Source of the DNA: Blastocladiella emersonii ATCC 22665
Lineage: Eukaryota > Fungi > Blastocladiomycota
Direction: 5' to 3'
Assembly: GCA_025594325.1 (NCBI GenBank)
Contig: JANHCV010000008.1
Location: 1,737,507-1,801,506, forward strand
DNA: 64,000 nucleotides
Positions within the stretch are counted from its first letter, which is position 1; each line of letters begins with the position of its first letter. Shown here piece by piece: positions 56,136-64,000 of the stretch. Made by a program: the position numbers and the translations under genes. The notes below the pieces were generated by a model. The model saw only the letters and a program-made list of their open reading frames with translations, was not told where the DNA came from and did no database searches.

Positions 56136-57450
56136 AATTGTCATGGTAGTCGAACAAAACCATATTCAAATCTTTGACTACACGCTTGTCCAGCTAGCCA
56201 GGGACCCATAAATCACAGTATCGACCCAACTAAATATTTGACAACAGAAAAATAGTAAACCAACCTCGTACATAATTGTCATGGTACTCAAACAAAACCA
56301 TATTCAAAACCTTGACTTCCCGCATGTCCAGCTGGCCAGGGACCCACAAATCACAGTATCGAACCAACAAAGTATCTGACAACAGAAATATGGTACAACA
56401 GCCACGCGGATAATTGTCATGGTACTCAATCAAAACCATATGTTAATCTTTGCTTTCCTGCATGTCCAGCTGGCCAGGGACCCAAAAGTCCCAGTATCGA
56501 ACCAACAAAGTATCTGACAACAGAAATATAGTAAACAATCCACGCAGATCATTGTCGTGGTACTTAATCAAAACCATATTCTAATCTTTGCTTTCCCGCA
56601 TGTCAAGCTGGTTGAGGACCCATAAATCGTAAAGTCGAACCAAAAAAATATCTGGCCATAGAGATATAGTAGACCAGCCACTCTGGCAATTGTCATGGTA
56701 CTCAAACAAAACCATATTCAAATCTTTGACCTCCCGCATGCCCATGTGGGCAAGGACCTATAGATCAGAGTATCGTACCAAGAAAATATCTGACCATGGA
56801 AATATAGTATACCAGCCACGTAGGTAATTGTCATGGCACTCAAACGAAACCATAGTCAAGTCTTTGACTATTCACATGTCCAGCTGGTTGAGGACCCATA
56901 AATCGTAACGTCAAAGCAACAATATTTCCGACCATGGAAGTATAGTAAACCAGCCACTCTGGCAATTGTCATGGTACTCAAACAAAACCATACTCAACTC
57001 TATGACTTCCCACATGTCCAGCAGGTTGGACACCCACAAATCACAGTATCAAACCAACAAAATATCTGACCACAGGAGTATATATAACCGACCACGTAGG
57101 TAATTGCCTTGATACTCAAACAAAACCATATTCAAATCTTTCACTTCCCGCTTGTCCAGCTAGCCAGGGACCCATAAATCACAGTATCACAGCAACACAA
57201 TATCTGACCAAAGAAATATCGTAAACCAGCCACGTAGATAATTGTCATGGTACTCAAACAAAACCATACTCAAATCTTCGAGCGCCCCATGTCCAGGTGG
57301 GCAAGGGCCTATAAATCACAGTATTGAACCAAGGAAATACCTGACTGACGATCGGGATGTATCAAACCTGCCACGCTGATAATTGTCATGGTACTCAAAC
57401 ATAACCATACTCAGCCAAATCTTCGCATACCCTCACGTCCAGGTGGGCAA
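56136..57450 (+). repeat. Block of ten diverged 138-bp AT-rich monomers (representative unit)
   Basis: The anchor AATTGTCATGG recurs every 138 bp (53225, 53363, 53501, 53639, 53777, 53915, 54053, 54191; last interval 141). Full units begin with an extra monomer at 56136. Confidence 0.95.
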
Positions 57451-60400
57451 GGAACCAAAGCGCCAGATATTCAAATCTACCGCTTTGTGCACACTCCACT
57501 AGCCAACTCTTCGATCCCCTAATTATGGAGCCCGTCGTCAAAGTACACGGTCCAATCAACCAAGTAAACAGCCAACCTGCCAACTTGCCTACCTGCTATC
57601 CGAACACCCACACCGCCTTGCAAGTCATTGGGGGCCCGCGCTCTCTGGTTGCCGTCCCGGCCAACAAAGGAAGGAATGATGAGCCCTGGCAGCCTGGCAG
57701 CCTGCCACTCTGACAGCTCGACTGACAGCGCCCACCCAGTAGATATTATCTATCTCGTAGGTAGTCTGCGAGGACTTTGTTAGTCAATACACGACCAGTC
57801 TCCTCCTGGCTGCCGGCTCTGCTGTCCACTCCAAGTCCTGCATGATGATGGGCCATGGAGGGTTCAGAGCAGCTCCTCTGTCTATCCGCGTGAAACCACT
57901 CACCCGCTGACGGATGTACACCGCGCACCGTGCAGCGCGCACAGCACACAGCGCCCGACGCACCACGCGGTGCGCACAAGGCGCAAACGGCCACCCTGGT
58001 GTCACACACACTCGCATGAACGGCAGGCATGCAAGGCGTCCCCAACTCAACAATGATTTATCATCCAGGCTTACTACTCGCTCCAACGGGTGCGCCTGCC
58101 TGCCCTCCCAGTGCCGTTGATTGATTGATGGATGGGTGCGCCAGCCCCTATTGCCAGCCAAGTGGCAAGCAACACCACAGCACCTGCGTCGCCCTGGCCA
58201 CCGTACCTTGCAAACTGCGTAGCAGCCGTACTGCTTCACAGGGCTGCAGAGGGCTGGCTGCGGAGGGCTGAGGCGGCAGGGCTCCTCCTGCAGGAAGGAG
58301 ACAGTGCTGGCGCCAAGGAGTGCTAGGGACGACAAACTGAATGGTGAATGACCCACACACCACATGCTCCTGGCAGGAGTGCGTGTGGGCGTGCGGGCTT
58401 GTGTCCGTGCGTGCCTGTGTCCGTGCGTGCCTGGATTAGACCTCCATCACAAGCGCCAAGTGACCAAGTGACCAAGTGACCAAGTGACCAAGTGACCAAG
58501 TGACCAAGGTGACCAAGTGACCAAGGTGACACACAAGCACCAAGCTAGGGTGGCCGGGCGGCCATGGAACGTACTGCATGGGTACCATTACCGTGGACTG
58601 GCCGCGGCCATTAATCGCAGCACAGCCCTGCCTGGCTCAGGACGCGGCGGGCGTGGGAGGCGGGTTGGGTAGATAGGTAGCAGCAGCAGCACCTGGCTAG
58701 CTGGCTGTCAAACAACACGAGTGAAGGGGTGCGTGAGGGAGGGTGTGTTGAATGAATGGATGGGTGGATGCAAGCAGACCTTCATACGTGTCGTGCGTGA
58801 TGAGGATTGGTTGGCCACCATCCACCAACGCCATGGCATGGCTGCGGGTGTCGCTGCGTGCGCCTTGGCGGGTGGTGTTGGTGGGTGGTGTTGGTGGTGG
58901 GTGCTGTGGTGGTAGTGGAGCTAAAGTGGTGTCGTGGGGCTCTTGGGGTCCCCTTTCCTTCCTGTCTGGCCTAGGTGGGTGGGTGGGTGGGTGGGCGGAC
59001 GTAGCGCGCATGCGGGCGGGCAAGGTAGGAACGTTGCTCACGCAATGGATCATGTATTTCATGGAACGTAGTCTGGACAGCAGCAGAGAGGGGGATGTCC
59101 GGCCCAACCGGACCCTCCACGAATCACAATATGCACGCAATGAATTGACCGATGATAGGGCCGTACCAAACCAGCCACGTAGACAATTGTCATGGTAGTC
59201 GAACAAAACCATATTCAAATCTTTGACTACACGCTTGTCCAGCTAGCCAGGGACCCATAAATCACAGTATCGACCCAACTAAATATTTGACAACAGAAAA
59301 ATAGTAAACCAACCTCGTACATAATTGTCATGGTACTCAAACAAAACCATATTCAAAACCTTGACTTCCCGCATGTCCAGCTGGCCAGGGACCCACAAAT
59401 CACAGTATCGAACCAACAAAGTATCTGACAACAGAAATATGGTACAACAGCCACGCGGATAATTGTCATGGTACTCAATCAAAACCATATGTTAATCTTT
59501 GCTTTCCTGCATGTCCAGCTGGCCAGGGACCCAAAAGTCCCAGTATCGAACCAACAAAGTATCTGACAACAGAAATATAGTAAACAATCCACGCAGATCA
59601 TTGTCGTGGTACTTAATCAAAACCATATTCTAATCTTTGCTTTCCCGCATGTCAAGCTGGTTGAGGACCCATAAATCGTAAAGTCGAACCAAAAAAATAT
59701 CTGGCCATAGAGATATAGTAGACCAGCCACTCTGGCAATTGTCATGGTACTCAAACAAAACCATATTCAAATCTTTGACCTCCCGCATGCCCATGTGGGC
59801 AAGGACCTATAGATCAGAGTATCGTACCAAGAAAATATCTGACCATGGAAATATAGTATACCAGCCACGTAGGTAATTGTCATGGCACTCAAACGAAACC
59901 ATAGTCAAGTCTTTGACTATTCACATGTCCAGCTGGTTGAGGACCCATAAATCGTAACGTCAAAGCAACAATATTTCCGACCATGGAAGTATAGTAAACC
60001 AGCCACTCTGGCAATTGTCATGGTACTCAAACAAAACCATACTCAACTCTATGACTTCCCACATGTCCAGCAGGTTGGACACCCACAAATCACAGTATCA
60101 AACCAACAAAATATCTGACCACAGGAGTATATATAACCGACCACGTAGGTAATTGCCTTGATACTCAAACAAAACCATATTCAAATCTTTCACTTCCCGC
60201 TTGTCCAGCTAGCCAGGGACCCATAAATCACAGTATCACAGCAACACAATATCTGACCAAAGAAATATCGTAAACCAGCCACGTAGATAATTGTCATGGT
60301 ACTCAAACAAAACCATACTCAAATCTTCGAGCGCCCCATGTCCAGGTGGGCAAGGGCCTATAAATCACAGTATTGAACCAAGGAAATACCTGACTGACGA

Positions 60401-63400
60401 TCGGGATGTATCAAACCTGCCACGCTGATAATTGTCATGGTACTCAAACATAACCATACTCAGCCAAATCTTCGCATACCCTCACGTCCAGGTGGGCAAG
60501 GAACCAAAGCGCCAGATATTCAAATCTACCGCTTTGTGCACACTCCACTAGCCAACTCTTCGATCCCCTAATTATGGAGCCCGTCGTCAAAGTACACGGT
60601 CCAATCAACCAAGTAAACAGCCAACCTGCCAACTTGCCTACCTGCTATCCGAACACCCACACCGCCTTGCAAGTCATTGGGGGCCCGCGCTCTCTGGTTG
60701 CCGTCCCGGCCAACAAAGGAAGGAATGATGAGCCCTGGCAGCCTGGCAGCCTGCCACTCTGACAGCTCGACTGACAGCGCCCACCCAGTAGATATTATCT
60801 ATCTCGTAGGTAGTCTGCGAGGACTTTGTTAGTCAATACACGACCAGTCTCCTCCTGGCTGCCGGCTCTGCTGTCCACTCCAAGTCCTGCATGATGATGG
60901 GCCATGGAGGGTTCAGAGCAGCTCCTCTGTCTATCCGCGTGAAACCACTCACCCGCTGACGGATGTACACCGCGCACCGTGCAGCGCGCACAGCACACAG
61001 CGCCCGACGCACCACGCGGTGCGCACAAGGCGCAAACGGCCACCCTGGTGTCACACACACTCGCATGAACGGCAGGCATGCAAGGCGTCCCCAACTCAAC
61101 AATGATTTATCATCCAGGCTTACTACTCGCTCCAACGGGTGCGCCTGCCTGCCCTCCCAGTGCCGTTGATTGATTGATGGATGGGTGCGCCAGCCCCTAT
61201 TGCCAGCCAAGTGGCAAGCAACACCACAGCACCTGCGTCGCCCTGGCCACCGTACCTTGCAAACTGCGTAGCAGCCGTACTGCTTCACAGGGCTGCAGAG
61301 GGCTGGCTGCGGAGGGCTGAGGCGGCAGGGCTCCTCCTGCAGGAAGGAGACAGTGCTGGCGCCAAGGAGTGCTAGGGACGACAAACTGAATGGTGAATGA
61401 CCCACACACCACATGCTCCTGGCAGGAGTGCGTGTGGGCGTGCGGGCTTGTGTCCGTGCGTGCCTGTGTCCGTGCGTGCCTGGATTAGACCTCCATCACA
61501 AGCGCCAAGTGACCAAGTGACCAAGTGACCAAGTGACCAAGTGACCAAGTGACCAAGGTGACCAAGTGACCAAGGTGACACACAAGCACCAAGCTAGGGT
61601 GGCCGGGCGGCCATGGAACGTACTGCATGGGTACCATTACCGTGGACTGGCCGCGGCCATTAATCGCAGCACAGCCCTGCCTGGCTCAGGACGCGGCGGG
61701 CGTGGGAGGCGGGTTGGGTAGATAGGTAGCAGCAGCAGCACCTGGCTAGCTGGCTGTCAAACAACACGAGTGAAGGGGTGCGTGAGGGAGGGTGTGTTGA
61801 ATGAATGGATGGGTGGATGCAAGCAGACCTTCATACGTGTCGTGCGTGATGAGGATTGGTTGGCCACCATCCACCAACGCCATGGCATGGCTGCGGGTGT
61901 CGCTGCGTGCGCCTTGGCGGGTGGTGTTGGTGGGTGGTGTTGGTGGTGGGTGCTGTGGTGGTAGTGGAGCTAAAGTGGTGTCGTGGGGCTCTTGGGGTCC
62001 CCTTTCCTTCCTGTCTGGCCTAGGTGGGTGGGTGGGTGGGTGGGCGGACGTAGCGCGCATGCGGGCGGGCAAGGTAGGAACGTTGCTCACGCAATGGATC
62101 ATGTATTTCATGGAACGTAGTCTGGACAGCAGCAGAGAGGGGGATGTCCGGCCCAACCGGACCCTCCACGAATCACAATATGCACGCAATGAATTGACCG
62201 ATGATAGGGCCGTACCAAACCAGCCACGTAGACAATTGTCATGGTAGTCGAACAAAACCATATTCAAATCTTTGACTACACGCTTGTCCAGCTAGCCAGG
62301 GACCCATAAATCACAGTATCGACCCAACTAAATATTTGACAACAGAAAAATAGTAAACCAACCTCGTACATAATTGTCATGGTACTCAAACAAAACCATA
62401 TTCAAAACCTTGACTTCCCGCATGTCCAGCTGGCCAGGGACCCACAAATCACAGTATCGAACCAACAAAGTATCTGACAACAGAAATATGGTACAACAGC
62501 CACGCGGATAATTGTCATGGTACTCAATCAAAACCATATGTTAATCTTTGCTTTCCTGCATGTCCAGCTGGCCAGGGACCCAAAAGTCCCAGTATCGAAC
62601 CAACAAAGTATCTGACAACAGAAATATAGTAAACAATCCACGCAGATCATTGTCGTGGTACTTAATCAAAACCATATTCTAATCTTTGCTTTCCCGCATG
62701 TCAAGCTGGTTGAGGACCCATAAATCGTAAAGTCGAACCAAAAAAATATCTGGCCATAGAGATATAGTAGACCAGCCACTCTGGCAATTGTCATGGTACT
62801 CAAACAAAACCATATTCAAATCTTTGACCTCCCGCATGCCCATGTGGGCAAGGACCTATAGATCAGAGTATCGTACCAAGAAAATATCTGACCATGGAAA
62901 TATAGTATACCAGCCACGTAGGTAATTGTCATGGCACTCAAACGAAACCATAGTCAAGTCTTTGACTATTCACATGTCCAGCTGGTTGAGGACCCATAAA
63001 TCGTAACGTCAAAGCAACAATATTTCCGACCATGGAAGTATAGTAAACCAGCCACTCTGGCAATTGTCATGGTACTCAAACAAAACCATACTCAACTCTA
63101 TGACTTCCCACATGTCCAGCAGGTTGGACACCCACAAATCACAGTATCAAACCAACAAAATATCTGACCACAGGAGTATATATAACCGACCACGTAGGTA
63201 ATTGCCTTGATACTCAAACAAAACCATATTCAAATCTTTCACTTCCCGCTTGTCCAGCTAGCCAGGGACCCATAAATCACAGTATCACAGCAACACAATA
63301 TCTGACCAAAGAAATATCGTAAACCAGCCACGTAGATAATTGTCATGGTACTCAAACAAAACCATACTCAAATCTTCGAGCGCCCCATGTCCAGGTGGGC

Positions 63401-64000
63401 AAGGGCCTATAAATCACAGTATTGAACCAAGGAAATACCTGACTGACGATCGGGATGTATCAAACCTGCCACGCTGATAATTGTCATGGTACTCAAACAT
63501 AACCATACTCAGCCAAATCTTCGCATACCCTCACGTCCAGGTGGGCAAGGAACCAAAGCGCCAGATATTCAAATCTACCGCTTTGTGCACACTCCACTAG
63601 CCAACTCTTCGATCCCCTAATTATGGAGCCCGTCGTCAAAGTACACGGTCCAATCAACCAAGTAAACAGCCAACCTGCCAACTTGCCTACCTGCTATCCG
63701 AACACCCACACCGCCTTGCAAGTCATTGGGGGCCCGCGCTCTCTGGTTGCCGTCCCGGCCAACAAAGGAAGGAATGATGAGCCCTGGCAGCCTGGCAGCC
63801 TGCCACTCTGACAGCTCGACTGACAGCGCCCACCCAGTAGATATTATCTATCTCGTAGGTAGTCTGCGAGGACTTTGTTAGTCAATACACGACCAGTCTC
63901 CTCCTGGCTGCCGGCTCTGCTGTCCACTCCAAGTCCTGCATGATGATGGGCCATGGAGGGTTCAGAGCAGCTCCTCTGTCTATCCGCGTGAAACCACTCA

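Larger units (their letters stand above)
53198..64000 (+). repeat. Tandem array of a 3,049-bp higher-order repeat (about 3.5 units, running off the window)
   Basis: Identical ORF translations recur at a 3,049-bp period (54346, 57395, 60444, 63493). Units: 53198-56112 (one monomer short), 56113-59161, 59162-62210 and 62211-end. Confidence 0.97.

Noticed and set aside
56136-57450. 138 bp = 46 codons; the minus strand reads MVLFEYHDNY...LDMREVK as a possible repeat protein
   Set aside because: Several monomers carry in-frame TAA/TAG in that frame, codon usage is unlike the genes, and one open 46-codon frame out of six can arise by chance.
53198-64000. 138-bp periodic array as a CRISPR array
   Set aside because: Monomers are similar along their whole length with no unique spacers, there are no cas genes, and the context is eukaryotic.

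Overview
This is GC-rich eukaryotic DNA with short GT-AG introns (59-101 nt). The gene content (M36 fungalysin, YTH1, ITPK1, COA3, NTO1/BRPF, SEC2, CNB1) points to an early-diverging fungus, possibly Blastocladiomycota (inference). Three architectures dominate. (1) A near-perfect 9,523-bp inverted repeat (3533-13055 / 23948-33470; mirrored coordinates sum to 37003; one SNP found) duplicates YTH1 and an ITPK1-RING fusion. It encloses a 10.9-kb spacer carrying two anciently diverged, outward-facing paralogous type I membrane-protein genes. The left paralogue is intact after splicing. The right one is in frame with a large downstream ORF but interrupted by a single TAG. Decayed homology also continues outside the arms, suggesting an old palindrome kept identical by gene conversion, possibly an invertible cassette. 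(2) An ordinary housekeeping block at 33.9-47.2 kb includes a bacterial-type cytidylate kinase. (3) From 47.4 kb to the end are 5'-truncated RNase H-bearing non-LTR retrotransposon copies in head-to-tail order, wedged between an inverted older copy and a tandem array of a 3,049-bp higher-order repeat built from 138-bp AT-rich monomers. No rRNA, tRNA or CRISPR array was recognised. All splice models were worked out by hand and are unverified.
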